DNA of 64,000 nt. Source: Phormidium sp. GTDB lineage: Bacteria > Cyanobacteriota > Cyanobacteriia > Cyanobacteriales > Aerosakkonemataceae. The stretch lies in assembly GCA_051013385.1 (NCBI GenBank), contig CP143273.1, positions 1,664,001-1,728,000 on the forward strand. The letters run 5' to 3'. Positions within the stretch are counted from its first letter, which is position 1, and the number at the start of each line of letters is the position of its first letter. Shown in pieces: positions 18,835 through 29,300 of the stretch. The notes below the pieces were generated by a model, which was given only the letters and a program-made list of their open reading frames with translations, was not told the origin of the DNA and ran no database searches. Position numbers and translations under genes: made by a program.

Positions 18835-19110
18835 CTAGCTTCCTCTTAACTTTTGCTGCTTTTTCTGATAGTCATTCCAAATTAAATGCAGGTTTTTTTT
18901 GGTGACTTTCTCCCCTAATGCTTGGGAAAGATCTTGCCACAACTCAGAACCAATACTTTTGATATAAGCACTACAATAAGAAGACTCCTCTGCCATTTGA
19001 GTATAAGCTTTACCTAACCATGATTGATGCAAAATGAATCGCTCGATCGGAGTGAGTTTTCGGGATAGTAGCACCCTTTCTATGGTTTCTAGAATTTCCT
19101 CAAAATTCAT
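18835..19110 (-). CDS. Stand-alone vWA-MoxR-associated N-terminal HTH domain (possibly a truncated AAA/NACHT regulator)
   Basis: L---E-FIL--SW-G--Y--MAE...YIK--GSELW--LS--LGEKVTKKN pattern, normally N-terminal to cyanobacterial AAA/NB-ARC proteins. Confidence 0.7.
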   Translation of the reverse strand: MNFEEILETIERVLLSRKLTPIERFILHQSWLGKAYTQMAEESSYCSAYIKSIGSELWQDLSQALGEKVTKKNLHLIWNDYQKKQQKLRGS

Positions 19111-19307
19111 TGATTAATTGGTTCTCAATCAACTATACGGTGTTAAGTGATTTGTCAACCGTTCTGATTAACAAAACGGCTCATATAATTTTCATTATCG
19201 TTATTATTGTACTTTCTTCCTTATGGCTGATGGCAAGAAAGAATTTGTAAAATTCCTAACTTTAAGAATAGCTAAAGTTACACCACTTTTCAGGTAACTG
19301 CGGTACA

Positions 19308-19560
19308 AAGAAACCCGGTTTCTTGAAGAAACCGGGTTTCTTTTGTGTACTTCATAAACCTGCAATCGGCTGTATATTTAATATCATGTCTTTTAGATCG
19401 GACATAATATCCTTAATCCAAAACCCTGTAGAGACGTTATATATAACGTCTCTACATTATGGGTAATCAACCGGACATGATATAAGTAGCCGTTATCAAT
19501 TGTGTACACCAAAACCCGTGAAAAAGCAAAGTAGAGACATTTCATACAACATCTCTACTT
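19308..19560. repeat. Cluster of palindromic repeats / MITE-like elements
   Basis: AAGAAACCCGGTTTCTT-G-AAGAAACCGGGTTTCTT (about 19308-19342); element ATATCATGTC...GACATGATAT (19381-19483) containing TGTAGAGACGTTATATATAACGTCTCTACA; GTAGAGACATTTCATACAACATCTCTAC (19531-19558). Confidence 0.75.
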
Positions 19561-19598
19561 TGCAGAATATTCATTTTTAGGACAAATGTAGTCCGAAT

Positions 19599-22130
19599 TT
19601 AACCCAGATAAGCGATCGTCACTCCCGCACCACCTTCTTTAGAATCAGCTAACTCGTAACGTTCAACTTGTGGATGTTCTTGCAAAAATTCATGCACACC
19701 TTGGCGCAGTTTTCCCGTACCTTTACCATGCACGATCCACAACACACCTGCACTCGTCGCCGCATTAATTCCCCGTTCTAATTCGCTTTCCGCATCTGCA
19801 ACTCGATAACCGCGAATATCAACAGTATTTTGCGAGGTGCGAATAGCGGGTGCGGGTGGTGGCGCTTGAGTTCCGCCTTTGTTTGGGGAAGTACGAGATG
19901 TTTCTTTTTCAGCGGGTTTTTGTTTAATTGGAAGTTCGGCTTTTTCCCCATTTAAAGATTCAATATCTGCTAAAGAAAGGATCATTTTCATGCTGCCAAA
20001 TCGCACACTTAAATTACCATTTTCATCAGCAGCGGTTAAAACTTCCGCAGTTTGATTAAATTTAGGAATGCGAATGCGATCGCCAACTTCCGGTTTAAAT
20101 CCCGGTTTTGGTTTGGCAGGCGGTGGCAAATGTTTCTCTTTAATTTGATTAATTGCTGCTGTCGCTGCTTGAGCATCTTGTGCAGTCGCATTTCCCTGTT
20201 GTAAACGGCGAATTACTTGAGCAATTTCTCCTTTTGCTTGCGCGATCGCAGCTTGTACAGCTTGTTCTTGTTGTAAGCGTAATTGCTGTTCTCTTTCTTG
20301 TAAATTTGCCGCTTTTCTCGCTACTTCTTGATGTAATTTTTCCGCTTGTCTTAACAGTTCCGCTGCTTCTTCTGCTTTAGTTTCTTGCCGTTTTCTTTGC
20401 GCTTCCAAACCTGCAATTACTTGGTTAACATCTTCCGATGCACCACCAACATAAGTTTGTGCTTGTTCCACAATTTCGGCATTTAAACCTAACCGTCGCG
20501 CAATTGTTAAAGCGTTAGAACGTCCCGGAATTCCCCATAATAATCGATAGGTTGGCGAAAGGGTAACATCATTAAATTCTACTGAGGCATTTTCAAATCT
20601 TTCATCCTCATATTTGAGTGCTTTTAATTCGCCAAAGTGAGTCGTCGCCATTGTTAATAAAGTGGTGTTGGCGAGATGTTGTAAAAGTGCGATCGCTAAA
20701 GCACTCCCCTCAGCTGGATCTGTTCCTGCGCCGACTTCATCAAGTAATACTAGGCACTGGGGAGAGGGAGAGTTTTGAGTTTTGAGTTTTGAGTTTTGAG
20801 TTAAAGAGTTTTCTTGCTCCTCTGCTCCTCTGCTCCCCTGCTCCTCTGCTCCCCTGCTCCCCTGCTCCCCTGCTCCCCTGTTCCCCTGCTCCCCAGAAAT
20901 TGCTGCTAAAATTCGGCTAATTCTACGAATGTGCCCAGAGAAAGTAGAGAGACTTTGTTGCAGGGATTGTTCATCACCAATATCGGCTAAAATTTGGTCG
21001 AACCAGGGAATTTCTACGGGTTCGCGTGCGGGGATAAATAACCCGACTTTTGCCATTAAAGCTGCTAAAGCCAAGGTTTTTAAAGTAACAGTTTTTCCCC
21101 CGGTATTCGGCCCCGTAATTGTGACAACTCTGATTTTGGGTTGAATTAATAAATCAACGGGAATTACATTTAATCCTTGTTCATGTTTTTGTTGCCAAAC
21201 TAACAGCGGATGGCGCAATTGTCGCAAGGTAATAATTTCTTTTTCTGGTTCAATAAATCTTGGGGGATTTGCTTCTAACCATAAACTATATCTGGCTCTA
21301 GCAGTTGCTAAATCTAAGGTTGTAACGATCGCCAATAATCGCTCTAAATCTGGTTTAACTTCGGCGACTTGTTCCGTCAAAGCACGGCGAATTGCTTCTG
21401 CTTCGTTTTGTTCTTGACGCATTAATTGCCGCATCTGGTTTCCCAAAGATACGATCGAATTTGGTTCAACATAAAGAGTCGCGCCACTCATCGAAGTATC
21501 ATGAACAATTCCCGGAATTGCATCTTTACTAGTTGCTTTTACCGGAATCACAAAGCGATCGCCTCTTTGAGTAATTACTTGTTCTTGAACCGCATTAGAT
21601 TGGCGTTGAATAATTCCCTGTAAAATCTGATAAATTCTATCTCGCTGTTGGCGCATTTGATGGCGAATTCCGGCGAGTTTTTGACTAGCGCGATCGGCAA
21701 CATCACCGCGATCGTCAATACAGCGATGAATTTCCTGTTCTAACTCTGGATAAGTGCGTAAATCTGCAACTAAATCTGTCAAAACAGGCAAATCTTCTTG
21801 ATTATCAATAACTCGGCGCAGTTGTCTAGTTCCGGCAAGAGTTGTGGCAATATTCAACAACTCTTCACCTGACAAAATCCCCTGCAATTCCGCTCTTTCT
21901 AAAGCATCACCAATATCAGTAATGCCATCAAAACTTAACCCAGAAACTAAGCGAGTTTCTAATTGGTAAACTTCCTTAGTTTGGGCTAAAAGTGTTAAAC
22001 TTTCTGCTTGAGTTTGCGGGATTTGTAGGTGACGGGATGCGATCGCTCCTAACTTAGTAGCAGCGAAGGTAGATAAATGATGGCACAAGCGAGGCCATTC
22101 CAGTAGTTCTAAAGTTTCGTTTTGAATCAA
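19599..22130 (-). CDS. mutS2: Endonuclease MutS2
   Basis: TLELLEW start, GIVHDTS-SGATLYVEP, Walker A GPNTGGKT, DIGDEQS--QSLSTFSGH, LLDEVGAGTDP, C-terminal Smr domain (IVHGKGTG). Confidence 0.96.
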   Translation of the reverse strand: MIQNETLELLEWPRLCHHLSTFAATKLGAIASRHLQIPQTQAESLTLLAQTKEVYQLETRLVSGLSFDGITDIGDALERAELQGILSGEELLNIATTLAGTRQLRRVIDNQEDLPVLTDLVADLRTYPELEQEIHRCIDDRGDVADRASQKLAGIRHQMRQQRDRIYQILQGIIQRQSNAVQEQVITQRGDRFVIPVKATSKDAIPGIVHDTSMSGATLYVEPNSIVSLGNQMRQLMRQEQNEAEAIRRALTEQVAEVKPDLERLLAIVTTLDLATARARYSLWLEANPPRFIEPEKEIITLRQLRHPLLVWQQKHEQGLNVIPVDLLIQPKIRVVTITGPNTGGKTVTLKTLALAALMAKVGLFIPAREPVEIPWFDQILADIGDEQSLQQSLSTFSGHIRRISRILAAISGEQGNRGAGEQGSRGAEEQGSRGAEEQENSLTQNSKLKTQNSPSPQCLVLLDEVGAGTDPAEGSALAIALLQHLANTTLLTMATTHFGELKALKYEDERFENASVEFNDVTLSPTYRLLWGIPGRSNALTIARRLGLNAEIVEQAQTYVGGASEDVNQVIAGLEAQRKRQETKAEEAAELLRQAEKLHQEVARKAANLQEREQQLRLQQEQAVQAAIAQAKGEIAQVIRRLQQGNATAQDAQAATAAINQIKEKHLPPPAKPKPGFKPEVGDRIRIPKFNQTAEVLTAADENGNLSVRFGSMKMILSLADIESLNGEKAELPIKQKPAEKETSRTSPNKGGTQAPPPAPAIRTSQNTVDIRGYRVADAESELERGINAATSAGVLWIVHGKGTGKLRQGVHEFLQEHPQVERYELADSKEGGAGVTIAYLG

Positions 22131-22220
22131 GGGTTAAAAATCTAATTTCAATAGGGTAAATTAATTTGTCATTTGCGGAGTTTCCACAGGGAATGAGTAA
22201 ATCAAATACAGATCAACTAT

Positions 22221-22403
22221 TTAACAATCTAGACTAATTTCTTCCCAAAATTCCAGGATTAAATATTCTGGAATCAAAGGATAATTCTCGATATGATCCA
22301 GTTGTTCCGCATCCAAATCTGCAAACATTTCCTTTAAAACTTCCTCATCTCGTTCATAAAAAGGTCTTAGTGGAGCCAAGTAATTGCCAGTCAAGCTAAC
22401 CAT
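22221..22403 (-). CDS. Small acidic hypothetical protein or gene fragment
   Basis: ORF track; AGGA upstream; no family recognised. Confidence 0.4.
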   Translation of the reverse strand: MVSLTGNYLAPLRPFYERDEEVLKEMFADLDAEQLDHIENYPLIPEYLILEFWEEISLDC

Positions 22404-22536
22404 ATTGAATCCTATTGCCTGAGCGTTTGTAAAGTTCTTGTTACAAACTAAGGCCGATCGAGGTAGTTAAACCTCTGTCAATCTGCTTAACCTGACTGGC
22501 GATAATCCCTCTCAAAAGTAGGATAACGAAAATTAA

Positions 22537-22699
22537 GGGGACTGGGGACTGGGGACAAGGAGGCAAGGGGAAGAGGAGACAAGGAGACAACTGGACGAGG
22601 TGAATTTCTACATCTGCCCCTCTGCCCCCCTGCCCCTCTGCCCCTCTGCCCCCCTGCCCCTCTGCCCCCCTGCACCGAGAGCCCCTCTGCACCCCTGCA
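22537..22699. repeat. Short tandem repeats (GGGGACT, GGAGACAA and 8-mer CCCCTCTG/CCCCCTGC)
   Basis: Directly visible downstream of the VOC gene. Confidence 0.8.
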
Positions 22700-23065
22700 C
22701 TAACTAGGGGTAGCGACTGGCATTGGCTCATAAAGATACTCAAACCAGTTACCATCAGGATCGCGACCGTAAAAAGAAGCCGTCCCATCCCGATGTTCGT
22801 GAATTTTGGTTAAATGGATATCTTGCGCCTTGAGTTGTTCGTAAGCAGTTTCCATTTCCTGACGTTCACTGAACACAAAGCCAAAATGTGCTCCTGCTTG
22901 ATCGTAACCTGGACTCAACAGCGCCAAACCATCATCCCCAGCTTTCAAGTAAGCCCAGTCTGCATCTTTCCAAACTAACTCCATACCCATGTTTTGGTAA
23001 AACTCAGCTGCGCGACTAATATCTTGAACACAGATGGCGACATGACCCAGACGTTTCAATTTCAT
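22700..23065 (-). CDS. VOC/glyoxalase family protein
   Basis: LGHVAICVQD...AAEFY, HFGF, HEHRDGTASFY-RDPDGNWFE. Confidence 0.9.
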   Translation of the reverse strand: MKLKRLGHVAICVQDISRAAEFYQNMGMELVWKDADWAYLKAGDDGLALLSPGYDQAGAHFGFVFSERQEMETAYEQLKAQDIHLTKIHEHRDGTASFYGRDPDGNWFEYLYEPMPVATPS

Positions 23066-23150
23066 AAATCAAAAATCTTCACGTTTCTCCCTATTTCTTA
23101 TTGTATGGTAATTACTTTGGAATCGGTTTTAAAAGTTTTCTTACTGCCGA

Positions 23151-23345
23151 CAAGCTAAACGTAAAACCTCCGCGGCTACTTTAATTCAGGAATATTGGCT
23201 AGTAGAGATAACAAATCAACAACTTAAAGTATTTCGTGCTCCGGTTAATGGTGACAATCGTTCCGAGGAAACATTAAGCTCTGGTGAAATTTGTGCGATC
23301 GCTTTTCCCCATCTCCCCATCTCCAGACAAGAATTGATAAATTAG
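23151..23345 (+). pseudogene. C-terminal remnant of a Uma2-family endonuclease
   Basis: Manual translation QAKRKTSAATLIQEYWLVEITNQQLKVFRAPVNGDNRSEETLSSGEICAIAFPHLPISRQELIN*. EYW-V...VFR-P...AFP is typical of Uma2. No start codon or N-terminal half found. Confidence 0.7.
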
Positions 23346-23433
23346 CCCCCAAATCCTAGTAAAATCGACTTAAATTTAGTATAATAAATAAGTTTATTTT
23401 GTTTATTTCCTTTCTTATAAGGAGTTAATAGGA

Positions 23434-24630
23434 ATGGAGCTTTCGGCAAATTCAGGTGACTCTTATCAAAAGAGTGAACAAGGACACCAGGCAAATAAGG
23501 AGCAAAAATTTGAAGCCTTTGATTTTTTCCGCGCCATCTTCTCCCTCGCCATAGTCGCATACAAAATAAAGATTTTTAACATCCCAAAAATCCTTGTACC
23601 GACGAGTGGTTTTACTAAGTCATTCAGCGATTATGTATTGAGTGGAATGGTAGGAGCCCTTGCCGTTCCGGTATTTTTACAAATGTCTCTCTTTCTTTTT
23701 TACAACAAAAGTGAAAAAATCGGTCTGAAATACTTTCTGCAAAAGCGTCTTCACCGATTGATATATCTTTATCTTTTTTGGTTGATTTCGATAACTATAT
23801 TCGATATTTTATTTTTCGGAGGGATGGAAACGATTCAATCAGCAACTTCATCAATCAAAGCCTTTTTAGAATTTATAGTTAGCGGCAACAGCACACCTTA
23901 TTTCTTCTTCTTTTCTCTAATTTTCGTAACTGTTCTTGCTGAAATATTAGTCTTGCTGTTTAGCAAAATAGAAAAGCCAGCTACAAAAATAACCATTAGT
24001 TACTGGTTACTTTTAACATCCTGCCTTTTAGTATTTAGTTTTTCTACTATCCAACCATTCATTAAGTACACAGGTATTCAATCATCATTCTTAAACTTCA
24101 TAAATAACATCACTGGATGGGACTACACTCCTGTTAATTTCTTACCTTATGTCTTTACAGCCGCCATTACTGTGCAGGAATACAAAGAAGGTAAATTAGC
24201 CAAAGTAACTAAATTTTTGAAACGAAAGTTATACGGCTTACTTGGGTTAACATTATTCTTTTTTGCTCTAGAATGGATATTAACCAGCAATGGTTTGTTG
24301 ATTCAAGTAGACCAAGCACCTTTAGATCATTACTTAAGGCTTTCTCTCGTTTTTGGCTCTTGGTTACTTCTATATTTAGGGGTAATATCAAAACCCCAAC
24401 TTCCGGCAACTGTTAAATTGCTCTCGGATTGCTCTTTGGGAATTTACGGTTTTCACGTTTTCTTTACCTTTGAAAAACCGCTACCTTTGGGAAGCCTTCC
24501 TGTGCTGGGTAGTCTGTTTCAGGCAGTTCCCGTTTGGCATATATTAGCTAATTTCTGTATAGTTTTGGTCGGTTCAATTGCGCTTACCTTATTGTTTAAA
24601 AGAATCAAAATATTCAAACAATTTGTTTGA
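23434..24630 (+). CDS. Acyltransferase family 3 (membrane O-acyltransferase)
   Basis: FDFFRAI, LAVPVFLQMS, KRLHRL-YLYLFW, S-GIY-FH; about ten TM helices. Confidence 0.8.
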   Translation: MELSANSGDSYQKSEQGHQANKEQKFEAFDFFRAIFSLAIVAYKIKIFNIPKILVPTSGFTKSFSDYVLSGMVGALAVPVFLQMSLFLFYNKSEKIGLKYFLQKRLHRLIYLYLFWLISITIFDILFFGGMETIQSATSSIKAFLEFIVSGNSTPYFFFFSLIFVTVLAEILVLLFSKIEKPATKITISYWLLLTSCLLVFSFSTIQPFIKYTGIQSSFLNFINNITGWDYTPVNFLPYVFTAAITVQEYKEGKLAKVTKFLKRKLYGLLGLTLFFFALEWILTSNGLLIQVDQAPLDHYLRLSLVFGSWLLLYLGVISKPQLPATVKLLSDCSLGIYGFHVFFTFEKPLPLGSLPVLGSLFQAVPVWHILANFCIVLVGSIALTLLFKRIKIFKQFV

Positions 24631-24689
24631 ACCGATGCACCCATAATCCAAGCTCATTTTTGTTTTGACGGCTCTAGGAAAATACCTGA

Positions 24690-25631
24690 ATGATGAAGCT
24701 CAAAAAAGCAAAGATCCTACCTATCATCGGAACTATGGTTCTTGCCTTACCCATTGGTGTAACAGTGGGCGCTTTTTTAGAAAAAAACTATGGTTTCAGG
24801 AATATACTCAAGGGTGATTTTCGGACAAGTTCTTCGTCAGAAACAACAGAGACAAATCAAAATAGTATTCCGCAAAAGTATCAAGGAAAATTACAGTTGT
24901 TCATACTTGCTGGACAGTCAAATATGGCTGGAACGGGGGATGTTCTGCCGCAAGCCGAACAAGCAAACACTGACTCCAAAATTTATGTCTTTGGTAACGA
25001 TTATCGCTGGAAAGTAGCCAAAGAACCTGTTGATGACCCAACAAATCAAGTTGACAAAATATCACAAGACACACCCGCAGGTTACAGCCCCGCAGTAGAC
25101 TTTGCCACCACTCTTCAAAAGCAACGTCCTGATATGATAATTGGGCTAATACCTTGTGCTAAGGGTGGTTCTTCAATTCACGAGTGGCAAAGAAACGGAA
25201 ACTTAGATGAAAATACACTTTATGGATCTTGTTTAAAACGAGTACGTGCAGCTTCAACAATGGGAAATGTTGCTGGTATTCTTTTTTTTCAAGGCGAAAT
25301 TGATACAGTAGACCCCAAGGAAGATCCCAAAAGAGTATTTTGGGCCCATCAATGGGCAAACAAATTTACTCTTCTGATCCGAAATTGGCGCGGAGATTTA
25401 AAATCGCCTAATTTACCTGTAGTTTTTGCACAAATTGGCAGTAACACAGAACCAGAAAGATTTGTAAATTGGAAAGTTGTCCAAGAACAGCAGCGTCAAG
25501 TTAAGCTGCCATTTTCAGCAATGATTACAACAGATGACTTAGCCTTGAAAGACTACGTTCACTTTACTACAGAAAGTTATCAAACAATCGGTCAACGTTT
25601 TGCTAAAGCTTATTTGAGCTTGCAAAAATAA
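24690..25631 (+). CDS. Sialate O-acetylesterase (SASA/DUF303, SGNH-like) with N-terminal anchor
   Basis: LFILAGQSNMAG, IGLIPCAKGGS, GILFFQGEID, DYVHF. Confidence 0.88.
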   Translation: MMKLKKAKILPIIGTMVLALPIGVTVGAFLEKNYGFRNILKGDFRTSSSSETTETNQNSIPQKYQGKLQLFILAGQSNMAGTGDVLPQAEQANTDSKIYVFGNDYRWKVAKEPVDDPTNQVDKISQDTPAGYSPAVDFATTLQKQRPDMIIGLIPCAKGGSSIHEWQRNGNLDENTLYGSCLKRVRAASTMGNVAGILFFQGEIDTVDPKEDPKRVFWAHQWANKFTLLIRNWRGDLKSPNLPVVFAQIGSNTEPERFVNWKVVQEQQRQVKLPFSAMITTDDLALKDYVHFTTESYQTIGQRFAKAYLSLQK

Positions 25632-25766
25632 ACAGAATCCACTGAAAAGCTGACCTGAACTGTTTTTGGAGGTGTCGGTTAATCAAAGAAACTGGTGAGG
25701 ATTAGTAAGGATATAAATATTTAGTATAAATAACGCAAGTTGCTAGTTATTAATTCTTTCGGAGTT

Positions 25767-25842
25767 CCCCCCTTGAGTAAGGGGGGTAGTGGGGGGATCT
25801 AATGCTGTGATTACTAGGTTTTGATCCCCCCAACCCCCCTTA
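25767..25842. repeat. CCCCCCTT..AAGGGGGG / GATCCCCCC repeat pair, right half truncated by the transposon end
   Basis: ccccccttgagtaagggggg...ggggggatc...gatccccccaacccccctta|TGT; same family as 51246-51547. Confidence 0.7.
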
Positions 25843-25988
25843 TGTCGGTTAACACATTATTTGTCGTCTTAACTAATTAATGTCGTCCAAATTTACCAGC
25901 TTGTAATCCTTGCAAACTAAGGGTTTCAGCCATTTTAACACTATTTAGCTTCATGTGGGAGCTTTAACATTTTACTTGTCATTATATC

Positions 25989-26162
25989 GGCTGGCGAGGT
26001 TCACGAGTCTCCCTTCAAACTCGTGATGGTAAAACTTTGGATGTACGCTATAGCAACCATGTATGGCAATGCGATCATACAAAATTAGACCTGATGTTGG
26101 TCGATCAATTTGGTGAAGTTTTGAGTCGTCCTTGGTTAACAAAAATTACCGATAGTTATTCC
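25989..26162 (+). pseudogene. tnsB: Internal fragment of a V-K CAST-type TnsB (Mu-like DDE transposase)
   Basis: GWRGSRVSLQTRDGKTLDVRYSNHVWQCDHTKLDLMLVDQFGEVLSRPWLTKITDSYS, matching the SNHVWQCDHT...RPWLT...D-YS region around the first catalytic Asp of cyanobacterial CAST TnsB. Confidence 0.88.
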
Positions 26163-26316
26163 CTTTACAACAATGGCGAAACGTCAGAAACTCGTTTAAC
26201 AGGGTGGAAGGGCGCGATCGCACTTACCCTGTTAACTTTAACTCCAAATTGGCGATCGCACTTTTTTAATGCTAGTTTGCTATTTGACGACCCAAAGCGC
26301 ATTCTATGCCACAGCC

Positions 26317-29300
26317 ATGCTCAAAATTTCGGGCAAAACCCGCAAGTTCTCTGCCTTTTTCCTTTTTCCTTTTACCCTTTTCCTCACCCTCCTCCTCTCC
26401 CTCTCTTGGGTGAATGCCCAAGAAGCGCCCAAGCCGAAGCCCCAACCTTGGCAGATTGATGGTATTTTAGCTGCCCTTGAAGATAGCCAAGACCAAGTGA
26501 AGAGATATGCTTTCGAGCAATTAGCTAGCTACAAGTCGCAAGACTTGAAATCGGTGGTTAAGAAACCGGAGGACATAGCACGCAAAGCTGCCGACATCCT
26601 CAAGGATGAAAAGGTGGACGCATCTGTTCGTAACAGTGCGGCAGAAGCCTTGGGTAAGTTGGGACAGGCAGCTCAACCCTATATCCCAGACATCGCCAAC
26701 ATCCTCAAAGATAAAAAGGTGGGTATAGATGCTCGTCGCAGTGCAGCACAAGCCTTGGGGAACTTGGGACAGGCAGCTCAACCCTATATCCCAGACATCC
26801 TCAACATCCTCAAAGATGACAAGGCGAACATAAACGTTATTAACAGTTCAGCAGAAGCCTTGGGTAAGTTGGGACAGGCAGCTCAACCCTATATCAAAGA
26901 CATCGCCAACATCCTCAAAGATGAAAAGGCGGACGCAGATGTTCGTGGCCATGCAGCAGCAGCCTTGGGTGACTTGGGACAGGCAGCTCAACCCTATATC
27001 AAAGACATCGCCAACATCCTCAAAGATGACAAGGTGGACGCATCTGTTCGTCGCAGTGCAGCACAAGCCTTGGGTAGCCTGGGACAGGTAGCTCAACCCT
27101 ATATCAAAGACATCGCCAACATCCTCAAAGATGAAAAGGCGGACGCATCTGTTCGTCGCGGTGCAGTAAAAGCCTTGGGTGACTTGGGACAGGCAGCTCA
27201 ACCCTATATCAAAGACATCGCCAACATCCTCAAAGATGACAAGGTGGACGCATCTGTTCGTCGCAGTGCAGTAGAAGCCTTGGGTAAGTTGGGACAGGTA
27301 GCTCAACCCTATGTCCAAGACATCGCCGACATCCTCAAAGATAAAAAGGCGGACGCAGATTTTCGTAGCTATGCAGCAATAGCCTTGTGGAACATAGGAC
27401 AGGCAGCTCAACCCTATATCCAAGACATCCTCGACTTCCTCAAAGATGAAAATGTGGCTATCTCTAATCGTTACGCTGTAGCAAAAGCCTTGGTTCGTAA
27501 CGGTGCAGCAAAAGCCTTCTTTATCTTGGGGAACGCAGCTCAAACCTATATCAAAGATATCCTCGACTTCCTCAAAAATGAAAAGCCGAAGATCGGTTCA
27601 TACGCTTTATATGATGCAGATGTTCGTGGCGATGCACTAAAAGCCTTGGGTAACATGGGACGGGCAGCTCAACCCTATATCCAAGACATCGCCGACTTCC
27701 TCAAAGATGACAAGGTGGACGCAGATTTTCGTGGCGATGCAGCACAAGCCTTGGGTAACATGGGACAGGTAGCTCAACCCTATATCCCAGACATCCTCAA
27801 CTTCCTCAAAGATGAAAATGTGGCTCTCTATCGGCGTTACGATGCAGCACAAGCCTTGAGCAATATCAGAAAACTGGAGCTAAACGAGGTTGTTGTCGTC
27901 CTAGATCGGGTCTATGAGCCAAATCAGTCAATCGTTACATTTGAACAGTGGCGGTTTTTAACCTATTTCCTGGGTGGCGGCACGGATGAGGTGAAAACCT
28001 TGCTCAAATGGCTTGGCAATCCTAAAGCACTTCCTACTAAACTCAAATACGAGGAAGGGAAGAAAACACTAGAAGTCTTTCGCGATCCCTGGAAAGTGAG
28101 TCAGGGACTAGAACGCTTACAAAGAGACTTAGCAGACAAGATAGGTATTGTTGCACAACAGATATCTTGGAAACCCCAGGATATACTCTTACTGCAAACT
28201 CACTGCAACAACCTCAAAAAAGGCAAATACAACGCCACTGATACGGTGCAGTCCGCAATTAATAATTTGACATTTTGGCAGTGGATTTTTAACGCCAGAA
28301 ACACCATCCTGATTCATGCTACCTTTTGGCTTGTCCTCATCTTCGCCTACCCCAAATCTGCCCAAGTCCAAGCCATCTTTTTCTGGAACCCGTGGGTACG
28401 CAAGATTTTGGGTGTGGGCTATGTGGGCTTTCTCCTCACCTGGGTTCCCTACCTGCGCCGCCAACTATTTGAACCCTTCAAACCTTCCCTATTAGCCGAT
28501 GCCGGATTAGACAATTTCAGTTCCCTCACCTACTTCCCACAGTCTAAAGTCAAACTTCCAGTTACAGGAGAAATCAAACCCGTTACCGAAGCACTACCCA
28601 GCATCCAAGGGCAAATCATCTTAGAAGGCGATTCCGGTTTAGGCAAGTCGATGTTTCTGCGCCATCTCGTCAAAAATTCCCCGCGCATCGTCGTCTACCT
28701 ACCCGCCCAAAAATGCGACAAAGGTGTGATTGAAGCGATTCAGGAAAAACTGCAAGGACAAGCACAAGATGCCGAATTCCTGAAAAACCTCATTTATAGT
28801 GGTGCTATCGATATCTGCATTGACGGACTCAACGAAGTCTCCGCCGAAACGCGAGCAAAAATCGTCCTCTTCGTTGAACAATATTTCCGGGCTAACATCA
28901 TCATGACCACCCAGCCTTTGGAGTGGATACCCCCCTCAACCGCAAAAACCTATTATTTACAACCCCTAGAAACTGACCAAATCAAGAAGTTTTTAATTTC
29001 CCGTCAGCCAAGACTGCCCAAAGATGCCAAAATTCCAGGAACTGATTACGAAAAAGCCTGCACCAACTACTTAAACGCCCTCAACAACCAACCTGCCGAA
29101 GATTTAGAAGCTGCTAAAAAGAGACTATCCAATCCAATGGATTTGACTCTCGTCGCCCTCATGCTATCTCAAGACAAAACACCCGATTTGTTTCGCCTGC
29201 AAGAACAGCAATACAACCAGATGGCAGAAGAATTCCTGAGAGAATGGAAATACGAATTTCCCCTCAAAAAATTCTCCGAAGCCGTTTATAATATGCGACT

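Noticed and set aside
22441..22788. ORFs with GAEGQGGR/GAGGQRGR repeats
   Set aside because: Translations of 8-mer tandem repeats, partly overlapping the VOC gene.
26037..26459. 140-aa intact transposase gene
   Set aside because: Only about the first 42 residues are TnsB-like; the rest is unrelated read-through overlapping the HEAT/NACHT gene.
26521..27852. Minus-strand Cys-rich repeat ORFs
   Set aside because: Antisense shadows of the 105-bp HEAT repeats.
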